Shown: positions 9,607 through 19,163 of the stretch, piece after piece
How positions within the stretch are numbered: the stretch's first letter is position 1
Layout of the letters: every line of letters starts with the position of its first letter
Assembly: GCA_049510335.1 (NCBI GenBank)
Contig: JBEKZA010000005.1
Location: forward strand, 10,763 to 74,762
Reading direction: 5' to 3'
DNA length: 64,000 nucleotides
Origin: Sedimentisphaerales bacterium
GTDB taxonomy: Bacteria > Planctomycetota > Phycisphaerae > Sedimentisphaerales > Anaerobacaceae
Translations under genes and position numbers: made by a program
The notes under the pieces: generated by a model
Seen by the model: the letters and a program-made list of their open reading frames with translations, nothing else
Databases searched by the model: none
What the model was told of the DNA's origin: nothing

Positions 9607-10724
9607 AGCACCAGTTTGCCAATCCTTTCTTTTACTGCCCTGTCAATCAGTTCGGCACAGTCATCATAGGTTGCCTGCGACTGGCCAATCGGGTCAGGGA
9701 TATCAGCGTTTTCGGCGAGCAGCGCACATTTGTCCGCCGCCTCGGGGCTTATGTCAACGACGGTGTCCCGATGGACCCGCGCCACGGCGAATATCAGGCT
9801 GCTCTCCTCAATCAGATGTTTGCTCAAGGCCCTGCTTCTATGGCCGCTGATGTCACTGCCTTTTGCCGCGCAGGCCCTGACAGCTTCTGCGCTGGCAGGA
9901 AACCCGACTATACCGAGCGTTCCTGCCGAAGTAACTGTATAACCTTTTTCTTCAAGCCGGTCAACCGGGCAGCCCAGTTTTTCCGCAAGGTATTTTTTGA
10001 ACAGACCCTCGGCCATAGGGCTTCTGCAACTGTTGCCCGTGCAGACAAACAGTATCGTAACCTGCGACATCTCAAGGATTTGGGATTCGGAATAGACGCT
10101 CTGTCTGAGTATTTCAAGTCCGGTTTTGCTCAGCCGGACAACCGTGCTGCTTTTTCCATATTTGCAGGGCCCGCCGTCTATCACCGTTTCAAGCAGGCCC
10201 GCGAATTGTTCGACTACCTGATTTGCCTCGACCGCCGGCACTTGGCCGCCGGCATTTGCGCTTGGCGCCACGACGGCACTTTTTGTCTTTGTCAGCAGCA
10301 TCGAGGCGATTGGGTTGTCGGGACAGCGAATCCCGATTGAGTTGTCGCGGTAAAGATTTCCAAACACTTCCGGCGGCAGTTTGGCCTTTTGTTGCTCTAT
10401 GTCTTTGTCATCAAGCTCAAAAACTATAGTCAGCGGCCCAGGCCAGGCGTTTTTAATCAGTTGTTTCGCCCGCAGACCAATTGTGGGGACATAACTGGAG
10501 ACATCGGAGGGACTGGCGATGTGGAGAGTATAGTATTTGTCGCTTGCTCGGCCCTTAAGCCGGTCGAGCCGGGCCAGCGAATCGTTGCTCACACGACAGC
10601 CGATTCCGTAAACGGTTTCGGTGGGAAATGCGACCAGTCCGCCGGCGTCTATTGTCGCCGCCGCCTCTTTTATTGCCGCCACGTCGATATTCGCAGCATC
10701 GAGTTTGATGACCTTCGTTTCCAC
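9603..10724 (-). CDS. Fusion protein: L-threonylcarbamoyladenylate synthase (Sua5/YwlC/TsaC type) plus a low-molecular-weight phosphatase domain
   Basis: N-terminal YrdC domain (VAFPTETVYGIGC) and a Sua5 C-domain. The C-terminal part has the CX5R(S) P-loop CTGNSCRSPMAEG and a DP general-acid motif (DIPDPIG). Confidence 0.85.
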   Translation of the reverse strand: METKVIKLDAANIDVAAIKEAAATIDAGGLVAFPTETVYGIGCRVSNDSLARLDRLKGRASDKYYTLHIASPSDVSSYVPTIGLRAKQLIKNAWPGPLTIVFELDDKDIEQQKAKLPPEVFGNLYRDNSIGIRCPDNPIASMLLTKTKSAVVAPSANAGGQVPAVEANQVVEQFAGLLETVIDGGPCKYGKSSTVVRLSKTGLEILRQSVYSESQILEMSQVTILFVCTGNSCRSPMAEGLFKKYLAEKLGCPVDRLEEKGYTVTSAGTLGIVGFPASAEAVRACAAKGSDISGHRSRALSKHLIEESSLIFAVARVHRDTVVDISPEAADKCALLAENADIPDPIGQSQATYDDCAELIDRAVKERIGKLVL

Positions 10725-10799
10725 GAAGGCCCAAAATACACTAAAGCGGGTCTCGTCGCAAGCCAGCTTCCAACTCGGTGGTGTCCCGCGGGCATTCTA

Positions 10800-11999
10800 C
10801 TAAGGAGGCGGGATGGACTGTTGCCAGTGTGCGGCGAGCAGCGCAAAGTCCGTAAAGTCCACCTTTTTGTCGTTGTTGAAGTCGGGCCAGCCGACAAGGT
10901 ACTGGTCCGGCCAGTAATCGCAGAATATTATGAGGTCATCGATGTCAACGTTTCTGTCGTCGTCAAGGTCGCCGACAAGCGTGATGTAATACTCCTTCAA
11001 CGTGACGGTCGAAGCGGGCTTATTTTGCAGATCATAGCCCTTGTCGGTTAGTCCGCCTGCGCTTGGGCTTGTTTCCCAACTCCACCAGAAAGCGCCTTCC
11101 CACCAGGGATAGGTCCTGCAGACGGACAAAAGCGCCTTATAACAGTCATTTTGTTCATTGATGTCCAGCACAGACGATGAGCCGGGGTTTGCATAGGGTG
11201 TGATGTTTGTGCCGTCGTAGCTGGCATAGCCGCATTCAGTGAACATAATTTGCTTGTAAGGCCAGTTACTGTTTCGCCAGGACTGGATGGAGTTTGCTTG
11301 GCTGGTCCAGGCGGTTTGAAGTTGAGCAGGAGTGGGATTTTTACTGTTTGTCAGCGGATAGTAGGCGTCGATGCCTATGTAATCAACAGCGTCCCACCAG
11401 GTGATATTTGTTTCGTCGCCCCAGTTGGCAGCATAGGTAATGGGACCTGAGTAAAGTGCTCGGACGCCGCTTACGACGGAACGCCACGAGGTGGTATTGG
11501 AGGAGCCGCTGTCGGTGCCAACCAGTTCGCAGCCGATACAGAGCATATCGCAGTTGTTTGCTGTGGCGAAGGCCGCCCAGTAGTTGATGAAGCTTTTATA
11601 TGAGGTAAACCAGGCGGTTGATCCGGGGATGTCTCCTCGCCAGTGGGACGAGTCGTTCGAAAGGTCGAGCATCGGCTTGAGCATAACTTTCATACCGAGC
11701 TGGTGGCATCGGTTAACAGCGATCTGGACAGCGCATGGATCGGCGGAATACGAAGTTTTAATGGGGGCGATAGTAGTAGAACTGATGTTGGTCTGGAACC
11801 ACCAGACACATATGGCAACCCAATTGCAGCCGACATTTTGTGCGTTGGCCAGCGATGTGTTGGAATTGGTCGAATTGTAGTCCTCCCAGCTCCAGCCGGT
11901 GTAGCTTACTCCCTTGAATTCGATTGCGCCGCAAAGGGCAGGGTAGAGCAGAGCTACAACCGCTATTGCGGCAAGGATTTTAACTGTTGATTTTTTCAT
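10800..11999 (-). CDS. Secreted TIM-barrel (clan GH-A-like) glycoside hydrolase with a C-terminal dockerin-type module
   Basis: Signal peptide MKKSTVKILAAIAVVALL. Candidate acid/base and nucleophile Glu in IGCELVG and MFTECGY. C-terminal GDLDDDRNVDIDDLIIF and DFNNDKKVDFTDFALLAAHW repeats. Confidence 0.65.
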   Translation of the reverse strand: MKKSTVKILAAIAVVALLYPALCGAIEFKGVSYTGWSWEDYNSTNSNTSLANAQNVGCNWVAICVWWFQTNISSTTIAPIKTSYSADPCAVQIAVNRCHQLGMKVMLKPMLDLSNDSSHWRGDIPGSTAWFTSYKSFINYWAAFATANNCDMLCIGCELVGTDSGSSNTTSWRSVVSGVRALYSGPITYAANWGDETNITWWDAVDYIGIDAYYPLTNSKNPTPAQLQTAWTSQANSIQSWRNSNWPYKQIMFTECGYASYDGTNITPYANPGSSSVLDINEQNDCYKALLSVCRTYPWWEGAFWWSWETSPSAGGLTDKGYDLQNKPASTVTLKEYYITLVGDLDDDRNVDIDDLIIFCDYWPDQYLVGWPDFNNDKKVDFTDFALLAAHWQQSIPPP

Positions 12000-12020
12000 C
12001 ACCACTCCCTGAAAATAATT

Positions 12021-13799
12021 TTATGTGCCGCCAGTGGTACCGGTTACTGGTTGTTTGACGTTTTGGCTGGCGTGGGCGTCAATGTAGTTGAGGAGGATTT
12101 GGAGGTCGTTTACGTCGATGATGCCATCGGAGTTGATGTCGCCAAACAGGTAGCGGTCGGGCGTATCAATGCCTGCGAGGATATTGTCGAGCAATACGGC
12201 GACATCAAGGTCATTGACGGAACCGTCGGCGTTGAGGTCGAGCCAGAGCGCATCGTCTCTGGCGGGCTTCGGCGCTACGTTCCAGGCCAGGCCGTAGGGT
12301 GGGCTGATTGCCGGCTGGTTGATGTCGTGGTCCCGGCTGTATGAAACTATGATTTCGTACTCGGTGAAATTAGCGTCCGCCTGATAGTAGATGTGTTCAA
12401 GGTTGTCGGTTCGGCTGTCGCTGTAATCGAGCAGGTAATCTTTACTGTGGTCATTTGAATCGACGGCCCAGACCTCAAGCCGAATATCGGCGTCTTTGTC
12501 CGTCTGGTGTTCAAAGGGATAAGCGGCAGCGAAAAGCTTGTTCCAGACCACCGTTGCAGTAATCATCTTGTCCGCCGGCTCCGGAACGGTGATTTTGTAG
12601 GTATTGGCGGGCGCTTCGTCACGGTTGAGTTTATTCAGGTCCCAGCCGGTTGCGGGGCAGTCGCCGGGCGAGTGATGACCCGCCGATAACTGATTGTGTG
12701 CCGCGACTGCGTTGACCATCCCGGCTCCCTGCATATAGTCGAGAGGGACATCATGGTCGTCATCTTTTGTCAGCAGGCCCTTGTGCCAGTAGGGCAGCTT
12801 GGTGGCGGAGTTGAGCAGCACGGTTTTTATGACGCAGTTGCCGCCATCATGTGCTGTGGCCGGCTGAAGGTTCGCGTCGGCGGAGGCCTGCTGTATCAGC
12901 AGAGCAGCGGTCCCGGCGACAATCGGCGCAGCGAAACTCGACCAGCTGCCCGTCGGCGCATAGATATTTGGTTCGCCTGCGACCGCGGCGAGGCAGTTTC
13001 CCGGAGCAACGATATCCGGTTTGCATCGGCCGTCGGAAGTCGGTCCTCCGCTGGAATACTCGGGGTACGCAAGCGCGAATCGTGAAAGCTCTGTTGCCAG
13101 GTTTGTGGTGTTGATGGATTTTACCACGCCCACGCCTATAACATTGGCGCCGGCGCCCGGGTACAAAACGGGGTCTGAAACGTTGGAGCCGTTGCCTATG
13201 CCGATGACTACAGTCAGACCATATTGCTGCGCCATTGCCTCGATGCCGCGGGTCCACCAGTCCTCGAACTGATAACCTATGTCGGCTGTGATAACGTTGG
13301 CGTCAGGGACCGAGCCGGGGAAGACGTTATTGGCAAGGAAGTGCCAGAACTCGTAGATGTCCGGCTGTGCTTCCGGCGCCGCGCCCTGATAATGGAAGCT
13401 GCCGAGTTGTTCGTTGTATGCGTTGGGGTCCCGGCCGAACAGAATCGAGCAGACAGCGGTTGAATGCGCCGAAGTACTTGCCGGCAGACGATTCTGGTCG
13501 TGAAAAACAAACCGCGTGTTTTTGAAGCAATTATGGTCGCCGGCGGGGCGGTAATCGTTTTGCGGCTCGCCTGCGGTGTAGGTAATACTTCTGCAGATGA
13601 CAGCAATTTTTACGCCGGCACCAGTCAGGTTAGGGTCAAGTTGCTTGAGCTTATACAGCCCAGCATAATCAAGTGCCTGCGGCTGAACGTCCGGCTGTGC
13701 TGAAAAGGCGACACCACTCAGGGCCAATATTGCCACAAGCCCTGTTATCAGGTATGAGCATCGGGCTTTTATAGGACATCGAGCCACCGTATCCTCCAA
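12021..13799 (-). CDS. Secreted subtilisin-like (S8) peptidase homologue with a C-terminal dockerin-type module
   Basis: HSTAVCSIL (His motif), GIGNGS (oxyanion Asn) and SSFAAPIVAGTAALL (Ser motif). The Asp motif position reads AVICRS. C-terminal LNADGSVNDLDVAVLL and GDINSDGIIDVNDLQILLNYI. Confidence 0.75.
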   Translation of the reverse strand: MEDTVARCPIKARCSYLITGLVAILALSGVAFSAQPDVQPQALDYAGLYKLKQLDPNLTGAGVKIAVICRSITYTAGEPQNDYRPAGDHNCFKNTRFVFHDQNRLPASTSAHSTAVCSILFGRDPNAYNEQLGSFHYQGAAPEAQPDIYEFWHFLANNVFPGSVPDANVITADIGYQFEDWWTRGIEAMAQQYGLTVVIGIGNGSNVSDPVLYPGAGANVIGVGVVKSINTTNLATELSRFALAYPEYSSGGPTSDGRCKPDIVAPGNCLAAVAGEPNIYAPTGSWSSFAAPIVAGTAALLIQQASADANLQPATAHDGGNCVIKTVLLNSATKLPYWHKGLLTKDDDHDVPLDYMQGAGMVNAVAAHNQLSAGHHSPGDCPATGWDLNKLNRDEAPANTYKITVPEPADKMITATVVWNKLFAAAYPFEHQTDKDADIRLEVWAVDSNDHSKDYLLDYSDSRTDNLEHIYYQADANFTEYEIIVSYSRDHDINQPAISPPYGLAWNVAPKPARDDALWLDLNADGSVNDLDVAVLLDNILAGIDTPDRYLFGDINSDGIIDVNDLQILLNYIDAHASQNVKQPVTGTTGGT

Positions 13800-14128
13800 A
13801 AGTTAAAACCGCCCCGTCTCGCAAAACTGCTGCCAAAAACGATATTCCAAGACATTCGTATTATACCACAAAATCGCAGCATTTTCAAGTCATTCGGCTG
13901 TGCCTGCGCCCATCCGTTAATTTATTTGATTTATTTGAGGTATATTTCGGCACACAGGCATACAAAAATAGCCCCCAAATCGACAAAAATGACCGCCGCC
14001 AGACCGCTTATATCAGATTTTTTGTCGGCAGCCGGGGCCTTCTGTTTAATCAGGTAAACAGCGGAAATTTTTGGCTCGTCGCCGGTTTGGGGTGATTACA
14101 TTGGACGACCTTCGGCGGGCTATCGGGT

Positions 14129-15298
14129 TTATTCATCGGCAGGCGGGGCATTTTCGTCAGCCGGTTCGCCGGGTTCGGCCTGAGCGGTCCCGTCAGCGGG
14201 TTGTTTTTGCTTCTCTGCCGGTTTCAAATCTTCCACCAGTTCCGCAAGCGGCTTGGTCATGTTCTCAGCAGAGTAGTTTGGTATCCGATACACCCAGCCC
14301 TTGTGCTTTTCCGAAAACTCCTCCGCGGCATCGCGGGCAAGCAACTTTGTTTCCTTTTGCCTGAGCTGGTCCTCCGGTTCCACCTCGCCCTGCGTTTTGG
14401 TGACTGGGGTTTTGTCGGCGAACTGGGTGTCGCACCTGGCAAGCCATTTGTTCGCGTCTTTGGCCAGCCAGAAGGTATAAACGGTCGAATCCTTCAGCCG
14501 GCAAATATATCTTCTGTCGAATTTCAAATTACCCCTTGAGGACTCAGCGTTGACGTCCTCAAACTTCAGGTTGGCAAGTGCGGTGAAGACCAGCTCGGCC
14601 ATATCCTTTTTGAGTTTTTTGCCTTCGGGCAGGTTATCGAGAACGATGGTCTTGTCGTCTTCTGGCCTGAGCAGATAGGTCTCATCGGGATAGCTGACTG
14701 TCACCGAGTTGATGTCTTCCCGCTTGACGCTGGTAAGCTCCTGTTTGACGTAGTCGATTGCGCGTTTTTTAATCCAGGGTATCTGCGCCGTTGTCAAATA
14801 GACCTTGTTGTCTGAAACCAGCCGGACGTATCCTCCCATCCGGCCCTGTCCGGCGGACTTGCCGATTATAACGCCGGCCAGCAGGGATGAATCAGCTTTA
14901 TAGAACTTGACTACAATTTTGGCGTCTTCTTCGGTGACGCCGAGGTCTTTGTGGTTGGCGGGATTGTCGGTGTAAAGTTCGGAGGTCTGGATGTCCAGAC
15001 AGGTACTGATAAGTTTATTTATCTCGTCAGCCGAAGCCGGATAGTTGTCCATACCGGCCGCCACAAAGTTAGCGCCGCGCCTGGTCAGTATTACCTGTTC
15101 GCTGCTCGCTGCTTTCGGTTGTGGGCTTGCCGAACCAATGATGATGCTGGCTATCTGGTCGGGGTCGAGCCCCTGGATAAGATAGGAGCCGGTTTTTGCC
15201 GACACGTAAGGTCTTTGCGAAATTCGCGGCTGCACCACCGCCCAGGCCGCTATCAGCACGGTCACTAAACCAAGTATCGTAAGATTCCGGTTGCTCAT
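14129..15298 (-). CDS. DUF4340-like protein, the last gene of the GldG-type ABC operon
   Basis: N-terminal anchor MSNRNLTILGLVTVLIAAWAV. It sits directly after the GldG-like gene, which is the usual partner position. Acidic, Pro-rich tail. Confidence 0.65.
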   Translation of the reverse strand: MSNRNLTILGLVTVLIAAWAVVQPRISQRPYVSAKTGSYLIQGLDPDQIASIIIGSASPQPKAASSEQVILTRRGANFVAAGMDNYPASADEINKLISTCLDIQTSELYTDNPANHKDLGVTEEDAKIVVKFYKADSSLLAGVIIGKSAGQGRMGGYVRLVSDNKVYLTTAQIPWIKKRAIDYVKQELTSVKREDINSVTVSYPDETYLLRPEDDKTIVLDNLPEGKKLKKDMAELVFTALANLKFEDVNAESSRGNLKFDRRYICRLKDSTVYTFWLAKDANKWLARCDTQFADKTPVTKTQGEVEPEDQLRQKETKLLARDAAEEFSEKHKGWVYRIPNYSAENMTKPLAELVEDLKPAEKQKQPADGTAQAEPGEPADENAPPADE

Positions 15299-15327
15299 AT
15301 TGCAAACTCCCGCTCATTCGCCACGCA

Positions 15328-17289
15328 TCAGGCGTCGCTGGCGTGACTGATATAGTGTCTTTTCATAACGCTTCGTCTGATGCCGAGCGTCACCGCGATT
15401 ATCAGTATCACGGCCGGCGCCGCCAGCATATTGAAGTTCCGCAAAACGTTGCCCAGGTGCTCGATGCGCTGGCGTCTTTGCATTCTGACCTCACGCAACT
15501 GACGCTGGGCCTTGAGCTTTTTCAATTCGAGGCCCCGTGTCTTTTGAACAATCGAGCTTCCTATAATCTGTTTTTCTTTCTCGTCTTTTGAGGAGATGAG
15601 TTTTTTCAGCTCATCTTCAAGGCCGGCTATTTCGTCGTTAAGTTTGGCCACTTCGCCGGCGGTTTCTGCGTCGGCTTTCGCCTCGATGTCGTCAACGACG
15701 GTAAAAGGTCTCTGGAAATTGCCGCGAGACCTGATTGAAATCAAATCGCTTGAGCCGACGAGGTCGTCAATCGCGTTCAGCAGCAGTGCGCTGTTGTCGC
15801 CGACGATAATCGTTCCGAAGAGCGGGTTCTTCTGATAAGCCAGCCCGTCACTTATGAAATCGACGTCGGAGAACACAGCGACGGAACAGTTTCCTGCCGC
15901 TTCCTTCAGACCGGCTATATGCACCGTAGTTTCCCCGGGAGCGTTGGCGTCGTTTATGTCTTTCCTCAACGAACTCTTCGCTTCGATACCGTTCGGGAAG
16001 CTGGTTTTGAATTTCCCGCTCACAAGATAACCCATTACCACCGGCTTATTGCCGTCGGTGAATTTTTGCATAAGTAAACCGGAATCAAGCGCCTGCAACT
16101 CCATTGGGTTGTCAACTTTAAAGCTGTTGCCTCTGGCTGTGGTCATTATCAGCGGCGTTCGTTCGATTTTGTTCTGTCCGTTCGCGTCATTTGGCGGATT
16201 GATTTCGTTCAGGACTCCCGCAAACCACATACGAACGATGTTAAGCTGGGCGGTAATTACACTGTTATGATTAAAACACATCGGGGCCTTGAGACCCAGA
16301 AAACCGATAATCTGCTCCGCTCTCTGGTCAGTAAGGTTGCGGTCGCCCGCGAAAGTAAGGGCGGGCATATCAAGTCCCCAGGTATTGAGCAGCTTGTTGA
16401 GGTTCGATTCCTGCGAAGCCCCGCCGAACTGTCCCGCCATCGGGTTCTGCTGGTCCGCGTAACAGTAGGGGTCAACGCAGACAATCATCCTGCCGCCTTT
16501 CAGAACGAACTGGTCTATTGCGAACAGCGTCCGCTCGGGCAGATTCTTGGGATGAATGACCAAAAGGATATCGATATCGTTGATTTCGTTGACGTCGGTC
16601 GCAATGCCCTTGACCTCGTATTGCTGCCTGAGGTGCTCGATAATAGTCCAGGGGGATTTGGGGGTCTGCCCCTGCATACGCATCATATAAGCCATATAAG
16701 GGCTGGTGTCGTCGCCCATTATCGGTATGGAACTTAAGACCCCTATGTTTTTTTTCTGGCGTGTGATGGCGGTGTCTATCAGACGGCTTATATCGTATTC
16801 GACGAAGTTCTGGCGGTCGGGCGAGAAGAAGGGGACCGCTTTATCGACGCCGAACTGCGTCTGGACGACCAGGCCGAAGACAAAATTTTCCTCTTCCGTT
16901 ATCGGGAACCTTTTCAGCCCATAGCGGGCGGCGTCCACCTCGTCGTCCGAGAAAGGCCTCGGGTCGATTATCTCCAGAGTGACCATTCCTTTTGCGGCCG
17001 CGACGTATTCTTCCAGGAGGGCTTTGACAAACTCATAGTAGTTGTTGAAGTATTTAATCTGGTCGGGGCCTTTCATCGCGGCGGTCCTGGCGTAGTAAAG
17101 CTTGAGCTTTATCGGCTGGTTAAGTTTGGCAAGGATGGCCTTTGTGCCTGCGGAAAGCGTATAAAGCTTCTGTTCGGTGACGTCGATTTTCAGCCGGCCG
17201 CCGATGTTCTGGCATATACTTATGGCGCTGAAAGTTATTACCAGAACGAAGACCACCGCGATTACAGCCCGCAGAGTTCTGCTCATCAT
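15328..17289 (-). CDS. GldG-family ABC-transporter auxiliary component
   Basis: N- and C-terminal TM anchors, a large periplasmic domain and a C-terminal coiled coil. The ATGA overlap with the upstream ABC-2 permease is the typical GldA/F/G arrangement. Confidence 0.75.
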   Translation of the reverse strand: MMSRTLRAVIAVVFVLVITFSAISICQNIGGRLKIDVTEQKLYTLSAGTKAILAKLNQPIKLKLYYARTAAMKGPDQIKYFNNYYEFVKALLEEYVAAAKGMVTLEIIDPRPFSDDEVDAARYGLKRFPITEEENFVFGLVVQTQFGVDKAVPFFSPDRQNFVEYDISRLIDTAITRQKKNIGVLSSIPIMGDDTSPYMAYMMRMQGQTPKSPWTIIEHLRQQYEVKGIATDVNEINDIDILLVIHPKNLPERTLFAIDQFVLKGGRMIVCVDPYCYADQQNPMAGQFGGASQESNLNKLLNTWGLDMPALTFAGDRNLTDQRAEQIIGFLGLKAPMCFNHNSVITAQLNIVRMWFAGVLNEINPPNDANGQNKIERTPLIMTTARGNSFKVDNPMELQALDSGLLMQKFTDGNKPVVMGYLVSGKFKTSFPNGIEAKSSLRKDINDANAPGETTVHIAGLKEAAGNCSVAVFSDVDFISDGLAYQKNPLFGTIIVGDNSALLLNAIDDLVGSSDLISIRSRGNFQRPFTVVDDIEAKADAETAGEVAKLNDEIAGLEDELKKLISSKDEKEKQIIGSSIVQKTRGLELKKLKAQRQLREVRMQRRQRIEHLGNVLRNFNMLAAPAVILIIAVTLGIRRSVMKRHYISHASDA

Positions 17290-18020
17290 CAGCTTGCCTT
17301 CCTTTCTTCGAGTATAATTGCGCCGGAGGCAATCCAGCCGATAATCAAAATCGCAAAATAGGAGACGTCTCTGAATTCGAGCACGCCTTTTTGAATCGAC
17401 TCGAAGTGCGTCTGGAAACTTGTCGCCTCAATCGCCGTCACCAGTCCCGCCGGCAGGAACGTCGAGAGATAATTCATTGTCGTGGGCAGCCCGGCAAAAA
17501 CCAGCGCCGCGCAGGCGACGACCGACAGGACGAAACTTATTACCTGATTTTTGCTCAAAGCCGAGAAAAAGCAGCCCACCGCCAAAAAGCCGCCTGCCAT
17601 CAAAATGCTGCCCAGATACCCCGTCGCTATGAGACCGGCGTCGGGGCTGCCAAGATAATAGACCGTGATGACCATCGGGAAAGTCAGCAGCAAGGCGATT
17701 GTAAGAAACACCCACGCCGCAAAGAACTTGCCCAATACCGCCTGTGTCACGGTGATGGGCAGGGTCATCAAAAGCTCGATTGAGCCGCTCTTTCGTTCTT
17801 CCGCCCACAGCCGCATCGCCGTGGCGGGCACTAAGAACGCAAAAAGCAGAGGCATATTAATAAAAAACGCCTCCATGTCCGCCTGGCGAATCTCGAAAAA
17901 GCCCTGCTTGAACGCCAGGTAGCCGGCGGAGGCCAGAAAAACCACAAGAAACACATACGCGATAGGCGTGGTGAAATACGATTTCAACTCTCTCTTGAAT
18001 ACCGCCCAAAAGCCGTGCAT
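17289..18020 (-). CDS. ABC-2 type transporter permease (GldF-like)
   Basis: Start at the internal Met (MHGFWAVFKRELKSYFTTPIAYVF). Six hydrophobic segments. Confidence 0.8.
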   Translation of the reverse strand: MHGFWAVFKRELKSYFTTPIAYVFLVVFLASAGYLAFKQGFFEIRQADMEAFFINMPLLFAFLVPATAMRLWAEERKSGSIELLMTLPITVTQAVLGKFFAAWVFLTIALLLTFPMVITVYYLGSPDAGLIATGYLGSILMAGGFLAVGCFFSALSKNQVISFVLSVVACAALVFAGLPTTMNYLSTFLPAGLVTAIEATSFQTHFESIQKGVLEFRDVSYFAILIIGWIASGAIILEERKAS

Positions 18021-18058
18021 TTTCAACTCCTGTTTTGATTTTGAGCCGGCCTGGCAAC

Positions 18059-18778
18059 TCAGGCCGCTTTGGTTTTTGTAATTCTGCGAAATACCTCCTC
18101 GAGCGAGCAGTTGTATTGCTGCCGCAGTTTGTCGGGCGTGGAATCGACAATGATTTTGCCTTTCGCGATGATTATGGTCCTGTTGCAGACGGCCTCGACC
18201 TCTTCGAGGATATGCGTCGAGACAATGATGCATTTGTCCTGGGCCATTTTGCTGATGAGTCCCCGCACCTCGTGTTTTTGATTTGGGTCAAGCCCATCCG
18301 TCGGCTCGTCGAGGATTAACACCTCAGGGTCGTGAATCAGTGCCTGTGCAAGTCCCACGCGCCGCCGATACCCTTTCGACAGCGTTTCAATTGTCTGGTG
18401 ATATACCGATTCAATCGCGCACATCGGCACGATGCGGTCGAGCGCCTTTTTGCGGTCTTTGCCGGAGATTTGTCTTGCGTCGCAGATGAAATTCAAAAAG
18501 CCGCCCACCGTCATCTCATTGTAGGCGGGGACGTTTTCCGCGAGGTAGCCGATTGATTTTCTGACGTCGAGGGGGTTTTTGAGTATGTCGTGGCCGCAAA
18601 CCGTGGCCGTGCCGCTGTCGGGCTTCAGAAAACAGGCGAGCATCCGCATCACCGTGCTTTTGCCCGCCCCGTTAGGCCCCAGGAAGCCCAGCACGTCGCC
18701 CTTTTTTGCGTCAAACGAAACGCCGTCGACCGCGATTATCGCCCCGAAACTGCGTCTTAATTCTTTTATGTTTATCAT
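18059..18778 (-). CDS. ABC transporter ATP-binding protein (GldA-like)
   Basis: Walker A GPNGAGKST, signature LSKGYRRRV, Walker B LILDEPTDGLD. GAGGAG RBS before ATG 18778. Confidence 0.9.
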   Translation of the reverse strand: MINIKELRRSFGAIIAVDGVSFDAKKGDVLGFLGPNGAGKSTVMRMLACFLKPDSGTATVCGHDILKNPLDVRKSIGYLAENVPAYNEMTVGGFLNFICDARQISGKDRKKALDRIVPMCAIESVYHQTIETLSKGYRRRVGLAQALIHDPEVLILDEPTDGLDPNQKHEVRGLISKMAQDKCIIVSTHILEEVEAVCNRTIIIAKGKIIVDSTPDKLRQQYNCSLEEVFRRITKTKAA

Positions 18779-19163
18779 TTTTTTCTCCTCTGCTGCTCCG
18801 TCCCGTCGCGCCGGGATAACACCAGAGCGCACAAACACTTATATCGTCTAAACCGGCTTTATTTGTGCAATAGTTTGCTTCTGCAACATTATTGTTGAAT
18901 TATAGCGAGACACACCCCCGACAAACGTATAATATGTAAGGAAACCCGTTCTCGGCACATCGAGAAAGGATTCTTGCGCCACAAAGGCGCTGCGTGTTTA
19001 GGCAAGTGGGTTGCTGTCCGGATGCCGCGCAAAAATGGTTTGGACATCCTGTTTGTGAGGAGTATTGACAAATTAAAGCAATTTAGTTTGGATAGCACAG
19101 GTTGTAGCTAATAACAGGCAACAAGGCGATTTGAGGAAGTAAGCGAATTTAGACACAAACGTG

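Noticed and set aside
13800-14128. 329 nt gene-free gap, considered as a possible ncRNA or promoter island
   Set aside because: I could not identify a convincing structure, a conserved RNA core (RNase P, SRP or 6S motifs) or a consensus promoter. It is left unannotated.
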